A DNA stretch of 64,000 nt from Selaginella moellendorffii (taxonomy: Eukaryota > Plantae > Lycopodiophyta): positions 1,657,083 to 1,721,082 of the forward strand of contig NW_003314276.1 in assembly GCF_000143415.4 (NCBI RefSeq). The letters run 5' to 3'. The notes under the pieces are model-generated. The model ran no database searches. It had not been told where the DNA came from and saw nothing but the letters and a program-made list of their open reading frames with translations. Each line of letters opens with the position of its first letter. Positions within the stretch are counted from its first letter, which is position 1. Shown here piece by piece: positions 25,886-38,901 of the stretch. The position numbers and the translations under genes are program-made.

Positions 25886-28050
25886 TCAGGGGCTCCATGT
25901 GTCCCGCCTCAGACGGGCCGGATTATCTGAGCTCTCCGGACGCAAGCGGCTTTTAGCGTGTCTGGATTGGATAAGTTTCTCGAGCAAAGCCATCGTAAAA
26001 TTTACCTGGAGCTTTCCTCCCACCGCATAGGCACTCGGGGACTTCGCTCTCGCCGGGCAGCTGCAAAAGTGAGAGAGTTTAGTAGCTTGGCTTTTGTTTA
26101 CCTTGTCCAATATTTCTGCCACCATGTTTTGCATGACAGTCAAGGTTCTTCTCATGCCGTGAGCCGACTTCAGAGAAGCCCTCCTCTTCAAACAGCTGCC
26201 TGACGATCTCCACTACGTCGTCCAGATCTTGGAGAGAGCACCTTCAGCTTACAATGAATAAACGATTACCGGTGACAGTGAGTAAAACAAGAAAAGAAGC
26301 ATGCCACTCTTCTCGCCCAACCGCGAGTTTGGCTGCTGGATTGTCTGCGTCTAGATGATCGTTAAGCGCGTAGATTTTTCAATCTAACAAGTGAATTCGA
26401 GCGTTGAGCAGACTTGAGAATGCAAACGTTCGCATTCTCCCTCCGCTTTGAGCAGTGACTGCTCTGGATCATATCTTGATCTCTCAGTGTTGACCCTGGG
26501 TTTGTTTTTTATTTCCTTGGCCCTGTCTTCGCATTCATAAAGGGAAAGTTTTCTACCGACTAAATCTACTTCTCGAGATGTAAAGCCATGGGAAAAGGTT
26601 TGTGTCCAAAGCGTAGCGTAGAGAGCGTTCCGGCTGCATTGTATGAGCCCGAAGAGCAGCAATAAAGCAGATTTTGTCCTTGAGTTTCCACCCTGTGCGG
26701 CATAAGATCAAAAGGACATGAAATTACTGTTAACGCTCGAGAGTTACCAAGGACTCTTGCAAAATCCTCGTCAGCTTTGAGTCAGGGGGTTGCAAAAAGG
26801 GAGCCAAGTCAACGAGTCAAGACAGTTGACTAAAGAATATGCTGTTATAATATGCATTACCGCTTAAAACAGAAAACGATTGCAGCTCACAGGTAAGCAT
26901 TTATCACATTTCCAAGAGCTGAAAGCGTCTTAGCCTCTGTTAGGAGCTTTCCTTTCCTTTGGCACATGTTTTCTCCACTTTCTCGGATCCAGCAAGGTCT
27001 ACCAGGAACAGCTTTCCGGTTTTCACGCTGCAAGAGACGATGATAAATAAGAGACGTAAAGAAGGGAACGTTCCTTTTACCTCCTGTCCTTGGAGTTCGT
27101 TTGCTGAATGGTTATCAAGAGCACACAGTGGCTTCTGCTGCTATTGGCGTTCATATCTGAAATGTTAGGAGACACACGCAGCAAGTCTTGTTAAGCCTCG
27201 CTCCCACAGTTCTATTCAAGATTCCTGCCTATGTATAAGCTTTAAGTTAGAATGGCCAAAGCAGCAATCAATCAATTGATGTCACTAAGCCATCAGCCCT
27301 CGAGTTAATCTAAGACGGGGGCTCTCGTCACCTCTGAAGCACCAGCGACAAATATTCCGCGTGTTTTATCTTCCTTTACTTGAAGATTGTCCTTGGTCGA
27401 GAGAGACTGCTGACCCGGTGTACGAGTTTGTCATCAAGCTGTCCAGGGTAAGGTTTTAATATTTATTATATCGCTTGTGAATAGGTGGAGAGAATAGAAG
27501 TTGCTCGAGACCTTAATACATTTTGGAATGTACTGGAAAATCCATCGTGCCACCCTCAGTAGAATTCCCTCTTGGCCAGGGTCATCAGTTCTCTCCACGA
27601 AATGACCCATAAGAACAAAGGCGAAAACCCTACCTCCATACTGAAAGTCATTGCAGCACCAGTCTAAAAAAGAAAACAAAGCATTGTGATACATGGATAG
27701 CTCTCATCGCATGAATGATTCGTGAGAGGACCTGTCCATACGCAAGAACCGTACCGTTGATGGCATTCATAGCATCTGTGTTTACAATTCCATGAGTAAA
27801 TCTCAGACATCGATCAAAACTTACCCTGCACAATAGGAAGCGCGACGAAGTCGAAAACATCCGCTTGAGATCTGTCTAAAGAAAACCCGATCTCTCCTGA
27901 GTGAAAGCGCGATTGTAAATCGTCCAATGCAGCTGGCGCTTACCTTGAAATCGAAGGATCGATCGTCCGGGATGCGAATGCGGTTGGATTTCGCTCCAGC
28001 GCTCGCGATCTCTCAGACATTGCACGAATAAACGAAACGAAGCAAAGAAC
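25886..28050 (-). pseudogene. Decayed tandem copy of the kinesin-1 gene
   Basis: Collinear with 30273-32746 but with many deletions, a lost start region and an internal inversion. Confidence 0.85.
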
Positions 28051-28237
28051 CATTAGAACAAGATCCCGCCCAACCACGGAAGTGAAGACGCCATTGGAGG
28101 CGATGGAAGATGACAGCGGCGTAAAAAATGCGTCTCATGCTTCAGGATGGGCACTCAAAATAGCATATAGATAGATAGATCATTTTTGCTAGCAGTCAGA
28201 CTTGTATTCTCTGGAGCCCTGCGAGCTGCTCAGATAA

Positions 28238-28331
28238 TACATAGTTTGTATAGCACCAAAATCTTTATTACATAGTTTAGCATAGCACCAAATCCGTATT
28301 ACATAGTTTGGCATAGCACCATAGTTTGGCA
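28238..28331. repeat. About 31-bp tandem repeat (3 copies plus a partial) in the lectin 3' region
   Basis: tacatagtttRgcatagcacca units. Confidence 0.85.
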
Positions 28332-28336
28332 ACTCC

Positions 28337-29122
28337 TTAAATGATGCTAAACGCCCCCATGGGGGTGGTTTGAACAGAACTGGATGGGCACGTCGAATAG
28401 ATAACACCGATGCCTTTCATATATGAGCTGGGGCTTGCATATCCAAAGAACGAGACTACGTTGCCTGGTGCTGTTTCGAAGAAAGTGCCACTCTTCGAAT
28501 TACCAAATGGACCATATGGTTTGGTTGCACTGGTTCTCGTGTTCTTGACATGCACAGTCAGCGAGAGAACACCTTCTCCCGCCCAACCAGTACCGCATGT
28601 TCTGTCTGTTCCAGTTGTACCCGATACCTTGTAAATGTACTCATCCGAGCTCAAAGAGATCTGCAGAAAGAAATTGATAAAGTAAGAAAAACGTTAACTT
28701 TAAAAGACCTCGTAGAGTGTGCCTCTCAGACCAGCTTGCGGAGGCGGGCTTGGTAAACATCCTGAACAGGAGTTAGTTCCATACATTTGAGTCCAGGAAG
28801 AGCCTGAAGACTTCCACTGAATGGCATCAACCACACAACCGCTGATTATGCGTAGCCCCTCCAGTGGCATACTCGTAAGACTTCCACTGAAGGGAGTACC
28901 ACCACTAGTAGTACCATATAAAGGAGACTTGCAAGGTGGAGGCGGTGGAGGCGGCGATGAACACCATGGGGCTTCGTTGCCACAGTTTCCCCATGGACTA
29001 CAGCAGGGGTATGCCTCCGGGCAGTCAGCGTCAGATGAACATGAACCAGGAGGAGGGGGTGATGATGGTGTTGCCGATACCAGCAAACACAATGCAAAGA
29101 GCGCTAGAGCACGAAGAAGCAT
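28337..29122 (-). CDS. Secreted hevein(CBM18)-jacalin chimeric lectin, about 245 aa; exons 29122-28709 and 28660-28337
   Basis: Signal peptide MLLRALALFALCLLVSA; CSSDADCPEAYPCCSPWGNCGNEAPWC (hevein-type C-C-CCS-xWGxCG-C); SPPPP linkers; jacalin-like YGTTSGGTPF, GLRIISGCVVDAIQW, ISLSSDEYIYKVSGTTG, YGPFGN, VVSFFGYA..GIGVIY; 48-bp phase-0 GT-AG intron. Confidence 0.85.
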
Positions 29123-30272
29123 GGTTCTAATGACTTATGCAAGTCACAGCAATGCTAGCACACATTTATAGGACTGTAAAGCATGAATATCAAGGGCGAC
29201 TGATTGTTTTCAGCAGGCACTGCTGCGTGTTTTCAGACCTGTGGTCCGCCCATGTGATCTCGGCTGCCTCAGTTGGCCTCGTCAGAGATACTTGTCACCA
29301 TTTTAGATGGACCACAGAGGCAAAGCATAATTTACAAGGTGAACACCACCACCAGGAACACTATTCCTTCACATGCATGGCTCTGGTCCAAGATTTCGAA
29401 TCTGTACGTAATAAGCTGTCCAAAGTAAATGAATAAGTTAAGGTAAGCTGTAGCAGCCCACGTTTTATTCGGACCACAACAATGACATCTCTTAGACATA
29501 GCAGCCATGTACATTTGAGTTGGAAGTGCATGCATCTAAAATAGGGTTCTGTTCAGACTTGCTATGCTCATCCTCACTCTATAATCCATGTTGTTCATCC
29601 TCACTTCATTACTATATGCCTTATCCTTACTCCATTGTCAAGGCCGGACTCTTGTTTGTCCTCTTTACCCCCTCCTCCAAAAAAAAAAAAGTTTGAAGTG
29701 TTGGGACAAAAAGGAGAAAATGAGAAAAATTGAGGAAAAACAATTGTGAAAAAAGAAAAAATAGATAAAGAAGCATTAAAAAAGAAATTTATAACAATTA
29801 ACAATACAAAAATAGGGAAGTTAGAAGAATATATGCTTAAAGCTTGGAAAATAAAAGATTTCCTATCATAAAATACTTCAACCACCACAATATAAACAAA
29901 AAATTCATACCATTTCAACACACAATTCAATAACAACATCCATTTGGCCCCGACATAATAAAGCTAAACAAATGCAATACTGAAGTGAGGCCAGACATAA
30001 ATGGCAGAGTGCAGAGCAAAATTGCAATTTTCCTTTAGGTGGCTAGCATTTGTGAGGATCTCTAAACAGAAGAAAAGTGAAATCATTTTCCAACTTATCC
30101 TCTCGATCAATCACGAGCTCTTAATCAAAACAGTGTGGTGCTTTTGTCTCGCGCTCGCAGCAATGGCATCGTTGGCCATTTCCACCAGCCAATCATCAGG
30201 CGCTGCAAAACGTTGCCAGCTGAATCCATCAAGCTTTCCGTTGCGAGTTTGTTGTTTTGGTTCCATGTCGAC

Positions 30273-32746
30273 TCACGGGCTCCATGTGTCCCGCCTCGGA
30301 CAGGCCGGATGATCTGAGCTCTCCGGACGCAAGCGGCTTTTAGCGTGTCTGGATTGGATTGGAAACAAACTTAAGTTTCTCGAGCAAAGCCATCGCAAAA
30401 CTCTACCTGGAGCTTTCCTCCCACCGCATCGGCACTCGGGGACTTCGCTCTTGCCGGGCAGCTGCAAAAGCAAGGCCAGGAAAGACATAAAGAAGAGTAT
30501 CGTAGCTTGGCTTTTCTTTACCTTCTCCAATATTTCTGCGATCTCGTCCACCGTGTTTTGCATAACAGTCAAGGTTCTTCTCATCTCCTCGTTTAAAACG
30601 GCCGTGAGATCGGCGTCCGGCACTTCAGAGAAGTCGCCAAGAAGGCCCTCCTCTTCAAACAGCTGCCTGACGATCTCCACTACGTCGTCCAGATTTGGGG
30701 TCTTCTTGGAGAGAGCCACCTTCAGCTACGATGGAAAAACACGATTATCGCTGACAGTGAGTAAAAACAACACAAGAAAGAAAGAGTACCTTTTCAAGCA
30801 TGCCACTGTTGGCTTCTCGCCCAACCGCGAGTTTGGCTGCTGGATTGTCTGCAAAAAAAGCCGTCTAAATGATCGTTAAGCACGTAGATTGCTCTATACC
30901 TTCTCCAGTTAACGAGTGAATTCGAGCGTTGAGCATTATCACTTGAGACCTCAAGCGTTCGCATTCTCCCTCCGCTTTGAGGAGTGCCTGCTCTAGATCA
31001 TGTCTTGATCTCTCAGTGTTGACCCTGGGCTTGTTTTTTATTTCCTTGGCCCTGTCTTCGCATTCATAAAGGCCGGCCACTTGCTTAAAAATTGGAAAGC
31101 TTTTACCTTAGTCCAAAGCGTAGCGTAGAGAGCGTTTCGGCTGCATTATATGAGCCCGAAGAGCAGCAACAAAGCAGAGTCGTCCGTGAGTTTCCACCCT
31201 GCGCAGCATAAGATCAAAAGAACATATGAATTTACTGTTAACGCTCGAGAGTTACCAAGGACTCTTGCAAAATCCTCGTCAGCTTTGAGTCACGGTAAGG
31301 TACATGGCACGCTTTCTCTGCGAAAAACGATTGCATTCTTTTGCCAGCCACGAAGATTACTTACCACAGGTCAAAGCATTTATCACATTTCCAAGAGCTG
31401 ACAACGATTTGTTGATTGTCTTAGCCTCCGTTAGGAGCTTTCCTTCGGTGCATGTTTTCTCCACTTTCTCAGATCCAGCAAGGTCTACCAGGAACAGCTT
31501 TCCGGTTTTCACGCTGCAAAGAGACGATGATAAATAAGATCTTATCCCTCACGAAAAGAAGGGAGCGTTTCTTCGACCTCCTGTCCTCCGAGTTCGTTTG
31601 CTGAATGGTTATCAAGAACACACAGTGGCTTCTGCTGCTATTGGCGTTCATATCTGAAATGTTAGGAGACACACGCGGCAAGTCTTGATAAGCCTCAGGA
31701 TACTCGTCGCTCCCACAGCTCTGTTCAAGATTCCTGCCTGTGCATAAGCTTAAGTTAGCATGGCCAAAGCAGCAATCAATCAATTGTAGATACCTTCACA
31801 GTCTTGAGCATCTCTTCCTCCGACTGAAGATAAACCTGTCACTAAGCAATCAGCACTCGAGTTAATCTAAGACGGGCGATTTCCTCACCTCTGAAGCACC
31901 AGCGACAAATATTCCGCGTGTTTTATCTTCCTTTACTTGAAGGTTGTCCTTGGTCGAGTCCAAAAGATCTCTGCATGACAATGACGAAGTATTAAAGTCT
32001 CGAGCAACTTCAAAACCATCGCAGCCTCGACCTTATTCTCTCCAGGTAGATCTCCACCTATTCACAAGCGAATATAAGAAATACAAAACGATATACGAAC
32101 ACCTTACCATGGACAGCTTGATGATAAACTCGTACACCGGGTCAGCAGTCTCAATGTACTGGAAAATCCATCGTGCCACCCTCGGTAGAATTCCCTCTTG
32201 GCCAGGATCATCAGTGCCCTGCGACATCTCTCCACGAAATGACCCGCAAGAACAGCCGAAATGTTACCTCCATACTGAAAGTCTTTCCAGCACCAGTCTA
32301 GAAACGAAAAACGAGAGAAGAAAACAGTGACATGGGTACCTCTCATCGTATGAATGATTCGTGAGAGTACCTGTCCATACGCAAGAACCGTCCCGTTGAT
32401 GGCATTCATAGCATCTGCGTTTAAAAATCCAATTAGCAACGAATTAAATCTCACAAAGCGAAGGCAATCGATCAAACCTTACCCTGCACAATTGGAAGCG
32501 CGACGAAGTCAAAGACATCGCCTTGAGGCGATCCCTCGTTGAAGACCCTGTCGAAAGAAAACCCGATCGCTCCCTCTTTGTCGTCCTGAATGAAATCGCG
32601 ATTGTAAATCGTCCAATGCAGCTGGCGCTCACCTTGAAATCGAAGGATCGATCGTCCAGGATGTGAATGCTGGATTTCGCTCCAGTGCTCGCGATCTCCC
32701 GGGAATTGCACGGCCGGAAGCGAACGCAAACGGAAACACTTGACAT
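30273..32746 (-). CDS. Kinesin-1 family motor (PSS1/KIN1-like), multi-exon; 3' end approximate
   Basis: [28 protein letters not shown]|[10 protein letters not shown] (P-loop), [14 protein letters not shown] (switch I), LVDLAGSE (switch II), [17 protein letters not shown]|[15 protein letters not shown]; short introns. Confidence 0.88.
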
Positions 32747-34753
32747 TGAGACAAAACCCTATTTCTACTGAAGTACAATTAATTTAAAGTATTGCCCTAA
32801 AATCTATAACTCTTTTTGTTTGGCTTTCAAGTTCAGTTCATAGACTTCTTGTGTTGGTGGTGCAGCTGGATAATGTCTATCACAGAAGTGGAAGGAACTT
32901 ATCGATCATGCAAAACAACTCTAGCCCAGTTTAGCTCTGAATTCTTTTCTAATATTTTCTTAATGGGCTGTTTGATCCAGCTGTTGGCAGCAGTCGGCAG
33001 GTGTCAAATCAAGTTAGGTTCTCTGCAAGAACGTGGCTGACAACTGCCAGGTTCTCCAAAACCTGGTTGCCAGCTGCCAGGTTCTAGAGAACCCTGTCAT
33101 CCTCGAATAATGTTATCCCATGTGTTTGTTAATGGTCTCACCACAGCTTGTTAATTGGGCATGGGCTCGCTCATTCCCTCCCAAATGCACTCGCCAGGCT
33201 AATGCCTGGCTTGCCCAGGAATGTGCTTGCCCTACCTCCTTCTTCCAGATGAGTATCATGCAAGAACTACCATCCTAAATCTTGGCTGTCCATTGGACTA
33301 TCATTTCTGTACAATTTAGACCATGAAGTTTAGTTATATGGTTTTGATGCTGTATAGTGGGATTTTGATAATTTTCAAATTGGTTTAAATTCAAACCACT
33401 TTCTTATATTAGGGTTTTTTGTTTTTCCTTTTCTCTTTGTTCAATTTTCATCCTCTTTAAACTTTGAACTAGTAATTGTAGTTGTTTGATGTTACACAAT
33501 AATAACACCAATCAGACTTAGTTAATGGTGGGGTTCACAATACATGGTGTAATTTTTTTTCTTTGGCTTGTCTGGCCAAATTTCTTTAATGGGAATTTTA
33601 GAGATGATATGTATTATTGATTCGATCACTTTATAATGAGCAACCAACCTCATATCATCCCCTCCTTTTAGAAGGGTAAAAGGTAATTAGAATTATTTAG
33701 TAGGTTAAAATCTAAAGAAACATTAGGAGGAGGCATTGGTGGATCTATAGACAATGTAATTTTTTAAAAATCCTTTTGTATAAAGCATTTTAATTGCTAT
33801 ATATACACAATTTTTTAAGGATTGGTTTATTAATGTTGTAGTGAATCTCATAATTTGCAATCCAACTTACCACAATATTTGATATGGTCCTTTTTACTGA
33901 GAAAGAAGCCCGTTAGACAAACCACATACTATAACATTGAGAAAATGAATCAACACTAAATCATCTATTTTATACTTTATAGGTGGACAATGATAAAAAT
34001 TGTAGCCCTATTGTTATCCCATTTATACATGGCCCAAGTGTTCAACAAACTTTATTTAAATAAGTGGGCAAATGCTCATCAAATATTGATCCTAAGACCT
34101 AACATTAGTATCTCATAGCAATCCCAGAGGTAAATTAAACTCTATTTTGGCAATATCAAATCATAATTATATAAGAGTTTATATTGTGAAATATCAATGG
34201 AACTTTATACCCTTATGATATATATATACACAAGAAATGACAAATAACCATCTTAATTCGAATGCTACAAGTTTGAGATTAGTCAAATGCCTTATTGACT
34301 GGTTGGGACTTTGAGGTTATTAGTTGGTTCATATATTTTACAATTATCTTTTTTAAGGTTTGAACAAACCATTCCACCAAATTATCTATTTATGGATGAT
34401 AAACACTTATGAAAATGTGATGTATCCCCAATTAAGACATCAAGATGTGAAATATCCCAGACATAAATGCAAGACCATTATCTAAAAGAATCCATTATAG
34501 ACAAGAATGTTGAAACACCACTCAATTGAAGAGGAAATACTTAATAATTATTATACATGCATTAGTAAGAGCATGAAATTCAACCTAATATATCAAATAG
34601 TCAGAAGGAATAATGATGTAGTCATTGCCAGTTGACTATGATAATGATCCCATTAGATCAAATGCCACCAACTCAAATAGATAGGAAACTGTAATTGACT
34701 CTAATTATCATTTTGTAATATGAGAGGAGTATTATAAGTTTTGCACCAAATGC

Positions 34754-34756
<3 letters not shown>

Positions 34757-34804
<48 letters not shown>
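34757..34804. repeat. (TA)n microsatellite
   Basis: About 24 TA units. Confidence 0.97.
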
Positions 34805-34805
<1 letters not shown>

Positions 34806-37649
34806 TAGATAATATTATATTATATATTTGGCTAATAAAAATACTTGTGTAGCTTCTTAGTCATACAATGATATTCCATATGCCCACTATGTAAAAGTTA
34901 TAATAAGCATGGAGAATATGTGGAATAAAAATCAAAAGCGCTACTAACCACAAATGGTCATTAAGATTTAGTCCTCACAAAGTTATAAATGTTATCACAA
35001 AATAATGAGAATATAAATTCTCAAATGATAAGTCATTAGCAAATGATGTAGAATTCTCAAATCCAGCACAAAGTCTTTGAATCTATGACTTAACCTTTTA
35101 AGCTTCATAAACCTCATTAAAAGAAAGTAATTCTAGTTTCACACCTTATGAAACACTAAACATTAAATACAGTAATTGTTGATGGTGATGAGGGAGGAAA
35201 AAGAGTTTTAGATTTTATTTCTCCAATATAAGCCTTCAAATGATCTCTTTTATAATTCATATTTGGTACTCCTTTAGGTGTTCTCTAGAAACTATTGGTG
35301 CTTGTTGCACGATTATCGGGTATTATTTATATGTGGAAATCCTTGTCATGTTCTTCTTTAGAGGGATTTTATGAAGTGGTGACATAATCGAAAGTGATCT
35401 TTTGGTGAAGGGGGTTGACAAAAATCCCATTGTTTTTTCAGCTTTTGTTTATGCTGTTATAAAGTTGTTGTATCCAAAGTTGGTGGTTAGTAATGCACCA
35501 TTTCTATATGCTTTGTGCCTTAAGAGAAAGAGAGAGGAGAGGGATTTCCACTAACTCCTAGTTTTATATTTTTCAAAGAAGACTCAAAGAAAGAATATTA
35601 CAAAACTAAAAGAGAAAACTTAAATGAAAATCACTCTATACTTTATGCTTTAATGCTTTATGTCATGAAGGGCTCCTCCTTATATAGTCTTTAAAACATA
35701 TTTTATATTTTGTTATTGATATCATAAAATATTGATGTAAGAAAGGTTAGATTTAGATGACTAGGATATATTACATAAGAAAATAGTTTTAAATGGAGGC
35801 AAAAATCTTTGCAAGGTTGGAGGGTATGCTTAAATATAAGAGTTATATAAGAAATCATTTTATAAAGATGGTGGAAGATAAGAATAAGTAAAGTGGAAAG
35901 ATATAGAAAGAAAAAAGTGTTTTTGGGGTTATAAAAAAAAGATGGTGGTAGAATAGTAAAGTGATTGGTAGAAGTATAGGGGGGATAATTTTATCTATAT
36001 ATACCTTGTACATATATATGTCTTGACTTTGAATATGGCATTTTTGGCTGAAGATTGCCATCACAATAGTACAAAATTCTCATTTAGCAAATACATTAAT
36101 CATGGAATAATAGACTTATCAAGAATATAAGAAGAGAGCAAAGAAGGGAAAGAAGCTTAAGAAAGGGTGTTAGCATCAATTGTAGAACTCTTGTAGTAAT
36201 AAATAACATCGAAGTTATATATACTATAAGTTTCAAAATTCATCAAGTAGCATAATCAATCAAGTTTTTTTGCTTTAATAATGAAGTGATTGTAATAATA
36301 ACATCCAAGAAATATGCAAGTATACATAAAGCTTTTTGAAACCCCAAATAGTTATTAGACACTCCTTCTCTATTGTGAAGTAGTTTACTTATGTTGGTTG
36401 CAACATATGGTTGATATATAAGATGAGATGATGCTGACTTCACACACTCATGCTCTCTTGCATCAACATACTTTTGAAATTAATATTAAAAGTATTCATA
36501 CATAAAATGAAAGGTCAAGTGTAGTAAAACTAGAGTACCCATCAACACCTCTTTAAGATTCACAAATACTCACCCACAAACTTTGGACAAGGTAAAAGAT
36601 AATATTAATAACTTCAACAATGCTCGCAATAGTGAAATGCTATTAGAAATATAATCAATAAAATGACTAAGATATTACACTTTGCTAAGGAAGCATTATA
36701 CATTGGTCACACACTTTAAAGTAAAAAAATTCATAATAGCCACAAGAATTTGCAAACTTTGGTAAAAAAATGTGGTATCCAAGATAAGTTATATCCTTGG
36801 ACCTAATATACACTTTAATTACTTTAACTTCAAGCCAAATGTTTACAACTAATTCAATACTTTACAAATATCACAAATGTGCTCCTCCCATGTCCCTTTT
36901 AAATGGATCAAGACATCATTGATAAAGTTAGTAGTCACTTTTAGCATATTACAAAGAACCTCATCTATCATCTACTAGAAAGTCATAAGAACTTTGTTTA
37001 AATTAAACAACATTACTAATAAAAACTAAATGGGGTATAGAAAGTTTTTGAAACATTTTCCTTAGCCATTGGCAGTTGCCAATACTTAAAAACAAAATTC
37101 AATTTAGTGAACTAACAATTTCTCCCAAATGATCTAGAAGATCAATAATGTAAAGAAAAGAGTACATATCTGGGATCATCACATTATTTAATAAAAATTA
37201 AATATTCTCATCAAAATTTCTCATAATATAAAGTTTATATACCCAAAGATTCCAAAACTTTCAGATAACATCTTTCTCAAACATTTACTTGTAAGATCTT
37301 AATCTCTTTTAATGACCAATGCTGGAAAAGAACCTTGATCAGACTAGCATCCCTAGTTAGAATAAGATGACATATTGCAATCTTAGCCCCAGAAAATCAA
37401 AGAGATCAACATACTTTTACTTAAATTAGTCATGCCACAACATAAAGACTGTTTGAGAGGGAGAATAAGAAGGAAACAGGGTAAGAAATAATCAAGAGAT
37501 TAAAGTAATAGAAGTAGAAATAGAAGCTAAAAGATAATATGGAATAAAAATGAGAGGAATAAAAGAAATATAAGGGACTACAAGGCAAGAGAGAGAAACC
37601 TCAAAATCACATTTGGCATTATTCTGTTGCAATTAATTCATACTAAGGA

Positions 37650-37749
37650 NNNNNNNNNNNNNNNNNNNNNNNNNNNNNNNNNNNNNNNNNNNNNNNNNNN
37701 NNNNNNNNNNNNNNNNNNNNNNNNNNNNNNNNNNNNNNNNNNNNNNNNN
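37650..37749. other. Assembly gap (100 N)
   Basis: N run. Confidence 1.
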
Positions 37750-38249
37750 ATGAAGATTAACTTCGCTACACAACATAAATGTAGATAGTAACATATAGCA
37801 ACAAATTGAGTAATAGAAGATAAATATAAATATATAAATATATATATATATATATATAAGCTAATACAAAGAGGATTTTAAAGGATCTCTTGTTATAAAC
37901 TTGAGCTTGGAAAGTGAATATTGGATGAATTGGTGCCAAATGAACCCCTTGATAATATTCCCAAAAAAAAGATAGAGGGGTCATTGACTTATTTACATAA
38001 AGTTTTTTATTATTTATATAATTCTTTGTTTCTTTTAAGAATTTCAATATCAAGACCTTCCACCATAGTAGTATTAATAAAACATTGTTGACACCAAGGC
38101 CTCCACCCAAGAAATTAAGGACACTAATCTAGGATCTACTGATAATGCCAATATGTATAGCTAACCTTATCACATGCCTAACAATGAACATACGACTATA
38201 ACTATATCCTCATCTATAAGCAACAATATTATCAACCTCCATTAGAATA

Positions 38250-38901
38250 TAATCACCTCCCACAAGAGGAGTTGATGCATATTCAACTACAAGTGGGAGA
38301 TGACATTATGTTAATTGAAGAGTATTGTCAAAGGTGGTTGGGGCAAGTGTATGCATAAGTCCCATAAAATTTTGACAAAGTGTTAGCTACAATATACATA
38401 ATTTGATCAGCCCTAACATATTTAGCTCTACATGAAACAATAGACTTTAAAACATATTCAGCTCCATATGAAACAATAGACTCCGAAATAACTATGTGCT
38501 TGGCTTAGATGGCCCTTGATAACGCAATTGCTAGAAAGAATCATAATAGTTATTAGTATGCCCAAATATGCTCTTAAAGATGTATGGGAGCCTATATAGC
38601 AACATATATTATCATTTTGGAGTTCCTTAGTAATTCTCATCAGATCATGGCTCTCATTTCATGGGAAGTCGTGAATGAACTCTTCAAGAGCTTGAAGGTT
38701 CACCATATTTACTCTAATATTCATTATCCATAGAGAAATGACTAAGTTAAGTTTGCAAGTCAAATTCTTAAGAATATCATTTGTAAGATGGTTGACTCTT
38801 ATCCACACCTAGCTATAACACTTTCCTAGCACTTTATAGTCTTTCTAGACCTCATTTAAAATGGTTATTGGAGCCATGCCATTTAAACTTCTCTATGGTG
38901 T
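38250..38901 (+). mobile_element. Oldest Gypsy integrase remnant; resumes at 57336
   Basis: LISDHGSHF, HYP*RND, ILKNIICKMV, IGAMPFKLLYGV; continues as VETVLLI*LELP after 57335. Confidence 0.7.

Noticed and set aside
28238-28331. CRISPR-like short repeats
   Set aside because: Eukaryotic context; the spacers are similar to each other, so this is an ordinary minisatellite
35600-37150. hAT transposase remnant
   Set aside because: Only faint motif-like words; too decayed to support without a search
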